Shown here piece after piece: positions 52,501-62,343 of a stretch of DNA of 64,000 bases. A model generated the notes under the pieces. That model made no database searches. It was given only the letters and a program-made list of their open reading frames with translations, and had not been told where the DNA came from. Origin of the DNA: Candidatus Peribacteraceae bacterium (GTDB taxonomy: Bacteria > Patescibacteriota > Gracilibacteria > Peribacterales > Peribacteraceae); assembly GCA_018061945.1 (NCBI GenBank), contig JAGOTD010000001.1, forward strand, positions 151,050-215,049. The letters run 5' to 3'. The position numbers were made by a program, and so were the translations under genes. Every line of letters starts with the position of its first letter. Position 1 is the first letter of the stretch.

Positions 52501-55500
52501 TGTCGTGGGAGTTTCTGGATTCGTCAGATCTCTTACAACAAGTTGATTGGATGAATTAGATACATAGGCGTAGCGGCCTTGGACGGCCAAGGCCATCGTT
52601 GCTGTTGTTGCGTACGAACCGGAACCGACTGGACGAGTGATAGATTTTCCAGGAAGAAACAGCTGCGGAACTATAGCTCCAGTCGAGCCACGCTGAAGGA
52701 AGCCTGATCCAAATTGCACAGTGCCAGTGGCAAGATTTGTACTGATCAATGGAGTCTTTTGGCTGCCCGTACCGGAGATGTACAGACCTTGGCCAGACAT
52801 GGTGCCGCGCACAGAGAGTTGCGTACCCGATAGCGCCGCTGCATAGAAATTCGCATTGGTTTGCAACGCATTTCCCGTTGGCCGACGCAGCGAGACATCG
52901 TAGGTCGTACCCGTACCAAACATTATATGAGCCGTGTTTGTGGTACCACGAGCAGCAATGCGCAGGGCACCCGAGTACGTAGAAATAATAGTGAATGCAT
53001 TCGAACCTGTACTTGTATTAATGAATGACGACTCTCCTTGTACATAGATTCCGCGACCAAATGAACCTCCTCCTGCTACGTTCAATTCACCGAAGATTGC
53101 AGCATTCCCTCTTACCGACAACTGACTTGTCTCGATGCCGCCCGCTTCCAGCTGCTGGATGTATGTACCGCCAATATCAAAGGTATTAATTGCGTTTTTC
53201 GAACCGTTGAGCGCATACAAATATCTTCCTTGCACCGATACATCATTAATCGTTCCGACGTACGGAATGGTGCCGACAGCCTTAGCAACACGAGGATTAC
53301 TAACATCAACAACGGTTATCACTCCGCTTAGATCCGTTACGTACAAGAAGCGTCCTTGGAGAGATAATCTACGTCGTCCGTTATTTCCCGACCCAACAGA
53401 CAGCGTCCTTACAAGCGTTGGATTACTTGGCGTGCTTACGTCAATAATTTGTACTGTGGAACTAATTCCGCTTGCCAAATACACGTAACGTCCTTGAGCC
53501 AGCAAAGCTGACGTGTTAGCAGAAATACTCGTAGAGACCGTCCCTACCTTTACCATGTTGGATGGATTGGAAATATCGAAAACGCTCATGGCCTGCGAAC
53601 AACATGTACCGTTGGTGACATACAAGTATTTACCTTGCGCAGCCATATACGATGTTTGTGACGAGTTTGCAAATGACGCCGTTCCAACTGTAACAATATT
53701 GGAAGGATTACTAATATCGTAGGCAGTAAGCGTACTAGACGATGGCGCTACTCCAAACATATAGCGCCCCTGTATTTCGTCTGCTATGGCCAAAGGGTTA
53801 CTGATTAATGTAGGAGAAGTCGGATTCGATACATCGAAAACATATGTTCGACTATTGCCAAAATTGGACAAATACACGTAGTGTCCCGAAACAAGAAGGT
53901 TCGCAATAGCTTGGTTTACAGTACCGAAACTCGTCGAGCTTAACTGTATGGGAGACTGCGGATTCGACACATCGTAAATATCGAGTTTTGGTGCTGCGCC
54001 AGCAGCCTGATTATAGTTTGCCACGTAGGCCAATCTCCCCTGCACCTTGATAACGTATGGCGTTATTGAAGTTGCGCCAGATCCAACGTACGTCGATGGG
54101 AAGTTAATGCCCGTGTAAAGATTGGGCGTCATGGCACCTGTCGATGTACCAGCAAGAGAAATTGCACCCGAGCCAATGAGAATAGTATTCGTTGGCGTAT
54201 TTGTACGTAACAGCGGACGAGAGCCGGTGCCTGTTATCGTAAGAGATGTGCCAGAGAAGCTATTGGCGTAGAAGTTTGCATTCGTCATCAGCACCAATCC
54301 AGTTGAACGGCGTAGCGACACATCGTACGTGGTGCCGGTACCAAACATAATGTGCGCAGCCGAACTTGTGCCACGGGCGGCGATGCGCAAAGCACCAGAG
54401 TAAGTAGAAATGAGCGTGAGAGTTGTGCCACCCGTTGATGTACTTGAAATTGCAGAGAGTCCGTTAGCATTAAATCCTTGGCCAAAACTTGCAGCTCCGC
54501 GCACATCCAAGTTGCCGAAGATACGCGCGTTGTTCGTCACAGCAAGATCTGTCGTCTCCAAGCTGCCTACTTCTAGTTGCTGGATGTACGCACCACCAAG
54601 ATCGAAGACATTAATCGATGAATTGTTATAATCGATTGTATACGCATACCGGCCTTGTACGGAAATTCCTTGCTGCAAGCTTCCAACGCTTGTCGTTCCT
54701 AGTAAAGTAGGCACACGGGGATTGCTTATGTCATACGTCAGAAGACCATTGGATCCATTGGTAGCATAGAGATAGCGTCCACTGACATCGAAGGAAGTTA
54801 TATTATTAGAAATTGTCGATACTAGTACTGCACTCAATGGATTACTAATATCGTAGATCTTCATACCAAGACCTCCTGATGAACCCATATATAAATACTT
54901 ACCAATTACTTTCAATGTCGTATAACGAAAGCCGGAGCTAATTGTTGCTGCAGTGAATGGATTGGCAGGATTCGATATATCGACAACATACGTTGCCGCT
55001 GTACCAAACGAGTTTGATACATACGCGTACCGTCCCGATACCGTTACACCGCCACCGTAGTTACCGTAAGTTATACTGCCAACAACGTACGGATTGGATG
55101 GATTCGAAATATCTGTGACTCTGAATATACCTCCACTAAACGTCTGCGAATACAAATAGCGTCCTTGAATAGCGATACTCGACTGTGTGCCACCTGCTCC
55201 AACCGCAGACATAAAAATTGGTGTAGCAGGATTACTAATATCGTAAATACGAATTGTCGAAGCACCAGTATAGTTCTGCACGTACGCATAACGACCTTGC
55301 ACCAAAATGCCGTACGGATTAGAAATACCCGACGTCGTTGTCGACAGAAGCTGTGGCTGCTTATTAGAAATATCAAAAATCTGGAAACTGTTCCCCGAGT
55401 AGTTCACCACATACGCGAAACGACCTTGTACCGTTATGGCACTTGGGTTTGCCTGTGTTGCGCCAGAACCCACGTAGGTTGTTGGTACTCTGCCTGCAAC

Positions 55501-58500
55501 GTACAGCTGCGGAGCCATGGCACCCGTACCGTTTTTCATCGCACCTGTACCCATCATTATGGTGCCGTAGCGGTTATCAGTCTTTATGAGCGGCTGTGAA
55601 CCTGTCCCTGTAACAACCAAGCTCTTGCCCGACATAGTACCGCGAATCATGGCATTGCCGTTGATAATCAAGTTGGCACCAGACAGAGTTCCCTTTGTCG
55701 TAATGTTGCCTTTGGCCACAATCGAACCAGAAGTGGTGATGTCGCCAGAGATGTTGAGGGACGAGCCGGAGATAGTAGCGCGGACAGTGAGGGCGCCTGT
55801 CATGGTGCCGCCAGCAGTTCTTAGGTAACGACTGTCACCGATAGTGACGACGTTGCCAGAGCCAAAGGTGCCCGAGCCTCCTGTTAAATCTGTACCACAG
55901 GTAACGTTGCCGCTTCCATCTGTTTTGAGGGTACAGTTACCAAAGTTCTGGAACATCAATGCACCTCTGATGATCATGCCACCCGAACCAGAGATGAGGC
56001 TGGAGATCTTAAGTTGTGAGCCAGAGATGGTGCCAACGACGTCGAGCTGTGTACCAGCGGACACAGTTGTTTTACCAATCGAGAGGACTCCATTTTGAAT
56101 GTAGCTGTTGCCGTTCATGATGGTGAGTAGGCCACCAGAGAGGGTGCCGCGTGTTGAGAGATTGTTTTGGAAGAGACCTGTGCCCTTGGTAATGATGGAA
56201 CCAGAAGTGGTGATGTTGTTAGAAACATTCAAGCTGTAACCCGACATGGTGCCACGGATCAAAAGCTTGGTGCCAGACAGAGAAGCAGCATAGAAATTGG
56301 CATTGGTCTGAAGTGCATTGCCAGTTGGACGACGCAATGAGACATCGTACGTGGTACCCGTACCGAACATAATGTGTGCAGTGGAAGAGCTTCCGCGAGC
56401 GTTGATACGCAATGCACCGGTGTTTGCGGATACTATGGTAAACGCATTGGAGCCCGTGCTGGTATTCAAAATAGTTGACTGGCCCTGCGCAAAGAAACCG
56501 CGACCGAAATATGATCCTCCCATTACAACCAACTCTCCACCCACAGTGGCATTGCCACGTACTGAGAGAGTCCCCGCTTCCAGCCCACCAGTTTCCATTT
56601 GCTGGATATACGCACCACCGATATCGTACACATTCAAAACGTTTTTGCTTCCATTGATGACATACAGATAGCGGCCTTGAACGGCAATATCGTTAATAGT
56701 ACCGGCTGAGGCGAACGTGTTAACCACTTTTGCAACTCGAGGGTTACTCACATCAATCGCGGTAATAACGTTATTTGAGTCGGACACATACAGATATCTG
56801 CCCTGAATCGCCATTCTGCGTCTGCCGTTATTGGCTGCCAATGTCAAAGTCTTGACTGCAAGCGGTCTTGCCGGATTACTAATATCGACAATCTGTACCT
56901 GATTTGACGCACCGCCACCCAAATAGGCATACCGACCCTGTACAAGAACTGATGTGACATAGGTGATAGTAGTTGATGTACCCATACCGCCTACTTTCGT
57001 TAAATTCGTCGGGTTCGATATATCGTATATCGAAAAAGCAGGCGAGCAGCATCCGCCGTTTGCAACGTACAAGTATTTACCTTGAATAGCAGCGTAGCCA
57101 AGGGAGCTCGATCCTGTTTGCGTAGCAGATCCTACCTGGATAGGACTGATCGGATTACTGATGTCATAGGAATAGACACGGCCGTTCGTCGGGTCGGAAC
57201 CGTACAAATAGCGACCCTGTATTTCTGTCGCAACTCCGGAATTAAAACTGATGCCTACCGGCGTAACAGGATTGGATACGTCATAGACTATAACGTTGCT
57301 GTTGGCCGCGTACTCAATATAAACATACCGTCCTCCAACGACAATGTTTGTCAGCGGGTGATTTGGCGTATGAACCGCAGTGCTACTAAGCTTCACAGGA
57401 GCTTGCGGTATGGAAAGATCGAAAATATCAAGCGTCGAACTGGCAGATGAATTGTTAATTACATAGGCAAATTTGCCCTGCACCCTCATGGTAAACGGCG
57501 TAACCGTAGTCGCACCGGAGCCGATATACGAAGATGGGAATGCCGTACCGACATACATGTTTGGCGTCATAGCGCCTGTGGAAGTTCCGGCATTGGAAAG
57601 ATACCCCGAACCGAATGACACAGTGCCTGTTGTCAAATTTGTCTGGATGAGCGGAGAATGTTGTGCACCCGTACCAGAGATGTACAACCCCTGACCCGAC
57701 ATGGTGCCGCGCACATTCAGAAGTGGTGTCGATGTTTCAGTATGCGTGTTGCCGTTTTGTATACTGACTGCACCAGTAAGCGTGCCACCAGACAGTCTGA
57801 GGTAGCGTGCATCGGCAGCAGTCATGGTGAAGGCAGTTCCACAGCTTGTCACTCCGTTACCATCGGTGATGATCATGGCACAGCTCTTAAGGCTGGAGAC
57901 AGTGAGAGTCTGACCCGAGAGGGTTCCACGGAAGGTGGCGTTACCATTGATGAGAATACCACCAGAGCCAGAGATGAGGCTGGAGATCTTAAGTTGTGAA
58001 CCAGAGATGGTGCCAACGACATCGAGCTGTGTACCAGCGGACACAGTTGTTTTACCAATCGAGAGGACTCCATTTTGAATGTAGCTGTTGCCGTTCATGA
58101 TGGTGAGCAGGCCACCAGAGAGGGTGCCGCGTGTTGAGAGATTGTTTTGGAAGAGACCTGTGCCCTTGGTAATGATGGAACCAGAAGTGGTGATGTTGTT
58201 AGAAACATTCAAGCTGTAACCCGACATTGTGCCACGGATCAAAAGCTTGGTGCCAGACAGAGAAGCAGCGTAGAAATTGGCATTGGTCTGAAGTGCATTG
58301 CCAGTTGGACGACGCAATGAGACATCGTACGTGGTACCCGTACCGAACATAATGTGTGCAGCCGAACTTGTGCCACGAGCAGCTATACGTAGTGCGCCTG
58401 AATAGGTAGAAATAAGTGTCAGAGCAGTTGCACCTGTAGATGTAGACGCGATGGCCGATGGACCGTTAGCATTAAATCCATTACCAAAGCTTGCACCACC

Positions 58501-61500
58501 AGCAACGTCCAAGTTTCCGTAGACAGCTGCATTGCCACGCACAGCTAATGTGCCTGCTTCAATGCCACCAACTTCCAACTGCTGGATATACGCACCGCCA
58601 AGGTCGTACGTATTAATGCTGCTAGATGTCTGATTCACGACGTATGCATAACGACCCTGGACAAACACAGAATTTGCCAGTGAGCCAGTTGGCATCGTTC
58701 CAACAAGTGTAGGTACAGACGGATTGGAAACATCAACAACAATGACCGTATTATTAGCCCCTCCCGCGATATACGCATAACGACCCTGGACATACACTGA
58801 CAGTGTTGGATTTCCAGAAGCAATCGTGAGCGAACTTCGTAATGTGAGTGCTGTTGGACTGGAAAGATCCGTAATATTGAAACTATTTGTATACGCCGTA
58901 TACGCATAGCGACCTTGAACGAATAATGCTCCACCAACACGAGTTGCAGACTGCCCAACATACGCTGGTGCGGCTGGGTTGCTTACATCCACAGAGAAAA
59001 GGTAGTTCGTGCTTGCATTAGATCCAGTAACGTAAACATAGTTACCGAGAACAGATATGTTCGTGACAGCCGAAAGATTCGCATTCGTTGTGGTCCCAAC
59101 CATAATTGGATTGGCTGGATTACTAATATCAAAGACACCAACTCCACCTGACGATGCAGACCCTCCGTACAAATATCGTCCTTGTATTGCCAACGCTCCA
59201 CCAGCAACTGTGCTAGCTAAGTACTTCACAAGGCGTGGCGACGCAGGATTCGAAATATCCACAATCCACAATCCATGACCAGCACCACCCTTCGTAACAA
59301 AGTATGCATACCGACCCTGAACCACGACGTGCGTTGCAATATAGTTTGTACCTATGGAATACGAACCAACTAATTGAGGCGTTGCTGTACTTACATCGAA
59401 TATCTCCAATTTATTCGTTGAGAAATTACCACCTACCACGTAAGCATAACGACCCTGCACATACACATCGAAAGGAGTCGCATTTGTTGCTCCGCTACCA
59501 ACCCACGTTGTCGGAACACGACCTGCAACGTACAGCTGCGGAGCCATGGCACCAGTACCGTTTTTCATGGCGCCAGTTCCCATCATTATGGTGCCGTAGC
59601 GGTTGTCAGTTTTTATGAGCGGCTGGGAACCTGTCCCTGTAACAACCAAGCTCTTGCCCGACATAGTACCGCGAATCATGGCATTGCCGTTGATAATCAA
59701 GTTGGCGCCAGACAGAGTTCCCTTCGTCGTGATATTTCCTTTAGTCACAATCGAACCAGAAGTGGTGATGTTGTTAGAGATGTTGAGCGATGAGCCGGAG
59801 ATAGCGGCGCGGACGGTGAGAGCACCTGTGACAGTACCACCCGAGAGACGGAGGTAGCGTGCGTCAGCAGCAGTCATGGTGAAGGCAGTTCCACAGCTTG
59901 TCACTCCGTTACCATCGGTGATGATCATGGCACAGCTCTTAAGGCTGGAGACAGTGAGAGTCTGACCCGAGAGGGTTCCACGGAAGGTGGAGTTACCATT
60001 GATGAGAATGCCACCAGAGCCAGAGATGAGGCCGGAGATCTTGAGGGCAGAGCCAGAGATGGTGCCGACGACATCGAGCTTAGTTCCAGCGGAGACGGTT
60101 GTTTTGCCGATAGAGAGAGAACCATTTTGAATGTAGCTGTTGCCGTTCATAATGGTGAGCAGACCACCAGAGAGGGTGCCGCGAGTGGAGAGGTTGTTTT
60201 GGAAGAGACCTGTGCCCTTGGCAATAATGGAACCAGAAGTGGTGATGTTGTTGGAGATGTTGAGCGACGAACCAGAGATGGCGGCGCGGACGGTGAGGGC
60301 GCCTGTCATGGTGCCGCCAGCAGTTCTTAGGTAACGACTGTCACCGATAGTGATGACGTTGCCAGAGCCAAAGGTGCCCGAGCCTCCTCCTGTTAAGTCT
60401 GTGCCACAGGTAACGTTGCCGTTTCCATCTGTCTTAAGGGTACAGTTACCAAAGTTCTGGAACATCAATGCACCTCTTATGATCATGCCACCCGAGCCAG
60501 AGATGAGACTAGAGATTTTAAGTTGTGAGCCAGAGATAGTACCGACGACGTCGAGTTTGGTGCCAGCTGCGACAGAGGTTTTACCGATGGCGATGTTTCC
60601 CAGAAGGTAGGAATCTCCATTCATAATTCTAAGCGCTGCGCCAGAGAGTGATGTACGAGCATTGATCGATCCATTGGTGGTGATGGATCCAGAGTTCGAG
60701 ATATTGCCAGAAATATTGGCGTTCCCATTAAGGATAAGGCCAGCGCCAGAGAAGGTAGATTTTGTGGTAATGGAGTTCTTGGCGATAATGGCGCCAGAAG
60801 TGGTGATGTTGTTAGAGATATTGAGCGACGAACCAGAGATGGCGGCGCGGACGGTGAGGGCGCCTGTCATGGTACCGCCAGCAGTTCTGACGTAACGACT
60901 GTCACCGATAGTAACAACTTGTCCAGAACCGAAACCAGCGGGAGTTGTAGACCAAGTCAGGTTTCCAGCTCCATCAGTCTTGAGGTAACCACTTGGTGTT
61001 TGCGAACCGGCAAACGTATATGTTTGACCGTTAATTGTGAGAGTAGAATTGAATCGAACGTCTTTCGTAAAGACAGTAGTGCCCGAGAAACCAGCAGTCC
61101 CCATAATGCGCAGCGCTGCACCCGAGAGTGTGCCCTTTACGGTTGTATCATTTTTCAGAAGTGATGGACCAACAACTGTAAGCGTGCCAGACGACGACAA
61201 TCCTTTTTCTGCATGAATGTACGCACCCGATGCCGTCTGAAGAATATTGAGTCCGAGATAGCCAGATTTAAGGTTGATGACCAGACCACCCGTCATCGTA
61301 TCGCCGGTCTGCTTCACATAATGCAAATCTGCATATAATTGCGACAGACCCGTCACAGCAACGGATGACCACATAAGTCCGCCAGTTGGCGTAACAGTCA
61401 GCACCTGTCCATTGGAACCAATACCGAAATCTGTAAACGTTCCAGCAGCATTTCCTAGAAGCAACGATCCAGAACCGATGCTACTAAGACCCGTTCCGCC

Positions 61501-62343
61501 TCTGCTAACTGCCAGAATGCCAGTCACTTCACTACTGAGATTGATCGGCTGGCCAGCAAAATCGCGCTGGCTTCCACCAGATGTAGAACCAGATGTCTGA
61601 TTACCACCGCCACCTCCGCCTCCATAATGACGCTCGACGGGAGATCCATCCGCGGGCTGCACATACGGTATGCGGCCGCTGCTTATCGGATGCAGCGAAG
61701 AATATGCCTCATCAATATCGATCCACACCAATTTTCCTTTCTGATAGCTGAGCACTTGTCCGTCGGTTGCCGGACCCATCGCCATAAGAAGGACGCGCAG
61801 CGAACGAGCCAAAAGGCCGGACGTATCGACTGTCGCTAGGGCGGAAGGAATAGGAGGTTGCTGTCCTTCTTGAACCGGACCATACGCTGGAGCTGCGGCG
61901 TGATTATTCGCCAAGCGTGCCAAGCGACGCAGATACGCTCTTTCGTTTGTAGCTGAGTAATAGGTTTCGTGCGTCACTGCTTCTTTGCCATTGGATGTGA
62001 AAATATTTTCTTGCGTAAACAGTGGAGCGGAAACAGTTGAGCCGTTGCCTGCTGGCACGACTGAAGTCACCGTTCGTGTCATATGGGCGACACCGGTAAA
62101 CGGACGGATCGCAGTATTGATAATCAATCCACTATCTGGCTTCTCGCCGATGCCAAGTGAGAGACGATTGATGATCGCACCCTTTGGAATAATTTCGAGA
62201 GCCGGCACATTCAAGAATAAGAGACCACCCTCCCCGGCCAAGTTGGACGCCTGCGTGATGGCAATCGCCAGGAGCGACAGCAGCAGTATGCCTGCAGCTA
62301 GCAGGAGCGAGGAAAGCCGGTGAGGACGGTTTATATATCTCAC
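49528..62343 (-). CDS. 4271-aa giant surface protein: N-terminal TM anchor, tail-fibre-like repeats, five 7-bladed LVIVD-type beta-propellers, Peptidase_G2/IMC-like domain, possible H-type-lectin-like domain, acidic poly-Ser tail
   Basis: - Uninterrupted 12.8-kb ORF with a GTG start overlapping the upstream stop (GTGA at 62340-62343).
- TM 'LSSLLLAAGILLLSLLAIAI'.
- Tail-fibre motifs 'VSRGGTGLSS', 'KQTGDTMTGGLVI' and repeated 'RTAGGTMTGALTVRA'.
- 35 blades of the form 'VQGRYAYV....L.I.D(V/I)SNP..P'.
- Five 'GGAYIQQLE' junctions.
- 'SGADYAEWF...PGEVVCID...NLMGIISTHPAYIGN'.
- Tail '...SSSSSESSESSSQSSTSSSESSSSSSESNN'. Confidence 0.9.
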   Translation of the reverse strand: MRYINRPHRLSSLLLAAGILLLSLLAIAITQASNLAGEGGLLFLNVPALEIIPKGAIINRLSLGIGEKPDSGLIINTAIRPFTGVAHMTRTVTSVVPAGNGSTVSAPLFTQENIFTSNGKEAVTHETYYSATNERAYLRRLARLANNHAAAPAYGPVQEGQQPPIPSALATVDTSGLLARSLRVLLMAMGPATDGQVLSYQKGKLVWIDIDEAYSSLHPISSGRIPYVQPADGSPVERHYGGGGGGGNQTSGSTSGGSQRDFAGQPINLSSEVTGILAVSRGGTGLSSIGSGSLLLGNAAGTFTDFGIGSNGQVLTVTPTGGLMWSSVAVTGLSQLYADLHYVKQTGDTMTGGLVINLKSGYLGLNILQTASGAYIHAEKGLSSSGTLTVVGPSLLKNDTTVKGTLSGAALRIMGTAGFSGTTVFTKDVRFNSTLTINGQTYTFAGSQTPSGYLKTDGAGNLTWSTTPAGFGSGQVVTIGDSRYVRTAGGTMTGALTVRAAISGSSLNISNNITTSGAIIAKNSITTKSTFSGAGLILNGNANISGNISNSGSITTNGSINARTSLSGAALRIMNGDSYLLGNIAIGKTSVAAGTKLDVVGTISGSQLKISSLISGSGGMIIRGALMFQNFGNCTLKTDGNGNVTCGTDLTGGGSGTFGSGNVITIGDSRYLRTAGGTMTGALTVRAAISGSSLNISNNITTSGSIIAKGTGLFQNNLSTRGTLSGGLLTIMNGNSYIQNGSLSIGKTTVSAGTKLDVVGTISGSALKISGLISGSGGILINGNSTFRGTLSGQTLTVSSLKSCAMIITDGNGVTSCGTAFTMTAADARYLRLSGGTVTGALTVRAAISGSSLNISNNITTSGSIVTKGNITTKGTLSGANLIINGNAMIRGTMSGKSLVVTGTGSQPLIKTDNRYGTIMMGTGAMKNGTGAMAPQLYVAGRVPTTWVGSGATNATPFDVYVQGRYAYVVGGNFSTNKLEIFDVSTATPQLVGSYSIGTNYIATHVVVQGRYAYFVTKGGAGHGLWIVDISNPASPRLVKYLASTVAGGALAIQGRYLYGGSASSGGVGVFDISNPANPIMVGTTTNANLSAVTNISVLGNYVYVTGSNASTNYLFSVDVSNPAAPAYVGQSATRVGGALFVQGRYAYTAYTNSFNITDLSSPTALTLRSSLTIASGNPTLSVYVQGRYAYIAGGANNTVIVVDVSNPSVPTLVGTMPTGSLANSVFVQGRYAYVVNQTSSSINTYDLGGAYIQQLEVGGIEAGTLAVRGNAAVYGNLDVAGGASFGNGFNANGPSAIASTSTGATALTLISTYSGALRIAARGTSSAAHIMFGTGTTYDVSLRRPTGNALQTNANFYAASLSGTKLLIRGTMSGYSLNVSNNITTSGSIITKGTGLFQNNLSTRGTLSGGLLTIMNGNSYIQNGVLSIGKTTVSAGTQLDVVGTISGSQLKISSLISGSGGILINGNATFRGTLSGQTLTVSSLKSCAMIITDGNGVTSCGTAFTMTAADARYLRLSGGTLTGAVSIQNGNTHTETSTPLLNVRGTMSGQGLYISGTGAQHSPLIQTNLTTGTVSFGSGYLSNAGTSTGAMTPNMYVGTAFPSSYIGSGATTVTPFTMRVQGKFAYVINNSSASSTLDIFDLSIPQAPVKLSSTAVHTPNHPLTNIVVGGRYVYIEYAANSNVIVYDVSNPVTPVGISFNSGVATEIQGRYLYGSDPTNGRVYSYDISNPISPIQVGSATQTGSSSLGYAAIQGKYLYVANGGCCSPAFSIYDISNPTNLTKVGGMGTSTTITYVTSVLVQGRYAYLGGGASNQVQIVDISNPARPLAVKTLTLAANNGRRRMAIQGRYLYVSDSNNVITAIDVSNPRVAKVVNTFASAGTINDIAVQGRYLYVINGSKNVLNVYDIGGAYIQQMETGGLEAGTLSVRGNATVGGELVVMGGSYFGRGFFAQGQSTILNTSTGSNAFTIVSANTGALRINARGSSSTAHIMFGTGTTYDVSLRRPTGNALQTNANFYAASLSGTKLLIRGTMSGYSLNVSNNITTSGSIITKGTGLFQNNLSTRGTLSGGLLTIMNGNSYIQNGVLSIGKTTVSAGTQLDVVGTISGSQLKISSLISGSGGMIIRGALMFQNFGNCTLKTDGSGNVTCGTDLTGGSGTFGSGNVVTIGDSRYLRTAGGTMTGALTVRATISGSSLNISGDITTSGSIVAKGNITTKGTLSGANLIINGNAMIRGTMSGKSLVVTGTGSQPLIKTDNRYGTIMMGTGAMKNGTGAMAPQLYVAGRVPTTYVGSGATQANPSAITVQGRFAYVVNYSGNSFQIFDISNKQPQLLSTTTSGISNPYGILVQGRYAYVQNYTGASTIRIYDISNPATPIFMSAVGAGGTQSSIAIQGRYLYSQTFSGGIFRVTDISNPSNPYVVGSITYGNYGGGVTVSGRYAYVSNSFGTAATYVVDISNPANPFTAATISSGFRYTTLKVIGKYLYMGSSGGLGMKIYDISNPLSAVLVSTISNNITSFDVSGRYLYATNGSNGLLTYDISNPRVPTLLGTTSVGSLQQGISVQGRYAYTIDYNNSSINVFDLGGAYIQQLEVGSLETTDLAVTNNARIFGNLDVRGAASFGQGFNANGLSAISSTSTGGTTLTLISTYSGALRIAARGTSSAAHIMFGTGTTYDVSLRRSTGLVLMTNANFYANSFSGTSLTITGTGSRPLLRTNTPTNTILIGSGAISLAGTSTGAMTPNLYTGINFPSTYVGSGATSITPYVIKVQGRLAYVANYNQAAGAAPKLDIYDVSNPQSPIQLSSTSFGTVNQAIANLLVSGHYVYLSNFGNSRTYVFDVSNPTSPTLISNPLAIADEIQGRYMFGVAPSSSTLTAYDISNPSNIVTVGTASFANSSQTSYMAAQGKYLYVTNGTCCSQAMSVFDISNPSNMVKVGTVSTSISANTSALLAQGRYVYLASGISSTVQIIDVSTPSNPTLVRTLSVGSGNNGRRRLSLQGRFLYVTDLSGVITVVDVSNPRVAKAVGTIPYVGTINDVSVQGRYLYALNGSKNAINTFDIGGTYIQQLEAGGIETSQLSVRGNAAIFGELNVAGGGSFGRGIYVQGESSFINTSTGSNAFTIISTYSGALRIAARGTTNTAHIMFGTGTTYDVSLRRPTGNALQTNANFYAAALSGTQLSVRGTMSGQGLYISGTGSQKTPLISTNLATGTVQFGSGFLQRGSTGAIVPQLFLPGKSITRPVGSGSYATTATMALAVQGRYAYVSNSSNQLVVRDLTNPETPTTVGTSTAASAVMQSIVVQGRYAYVGLASSLGMNIYDISNPSAPRFVSTLPISGAGVSQVAVQGRYAFIGTGTSYSIYVADISDPSAPVIVSVYANPTAQFATPAMARLTVQGRYLYVAASGGNLYIFDTSNPRNLVLTSNINTQNRITEVQVQGRYAYVSGYNSNGLQIFDISNPSSVGAAVGRIVPAATMSRMVLQGRYLYISTSSSNILVYDVSNPRLPFQVGTLTAPGYAVMAMQGRYLYSTYPAAALAYFNVFDLGGAYIQQLEVGALEAATLSVRTNATIFGDLNVQGEGVFGHGVTAHGASTIMNTSTGAYALSITSRSGALVSLGSGGSVVPTAALYIETKNSDNIEAIRIRSRETTATQDMFKIITDVSSTDNTVFRISGSGAVYADGVYNSSGADYAEWFKSKDADLMPGEVVCIDPLDDNTVKRCMRDADTNLMGIISTHPAYIGNHITGADGVMPPGYKLVGLIGQVPAKVTLENGPIHPGDSLTSASKPGFARRASAGESTVGVALEAFNGSSGPEAVINVLISRRNQSLTVEGVEQKVLDSIAAMKIDDQVNQMVGDTIRNFNLDDNVTTAVRDQLQALDLTAQVNHLIDQRLSSSGASISTDGITNLLQTRYGLSTHSGATVVTADMFLSGALRATSVTFTSLRVESGATIFGPLHAAGGLSVSSGATIQGGLRIDGPITTGSGFSLGSLTLSGAQVNIGSLLDRNSLKVIGGVTINGLAVFLGDVEVKGEFKLSSKQVGYAVIPQTGTSVTVLFASGFIARPIVTASPDYPILFAVSKATATGFTIRIASPAPQAITFSWIAIPTDAPRTSSGTTMTGSFIAFPVDSLGVPVSTNAIWNACVRNQTILDIDGQPFSCSRYHSDAQWDHPDLRITFTWNGTSDPKILILPVGYQAVVQEQGNALTVSSSSSSEQSISSSVSEESSSSSSESSSESSVSSSASSSEESSSSSSESSESSSQSSTSSSESSSSSSESNN

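Noticed and set aside
25258-62343. Diversity-generating retroelement targeting the lectin or propeller domains.
   Set aside because: No reverse transcriptase, Avd or template repeat was seen. Differences between paralogous segments are spread over all bases and are mostly synonymous third positions, not adenine-specific.
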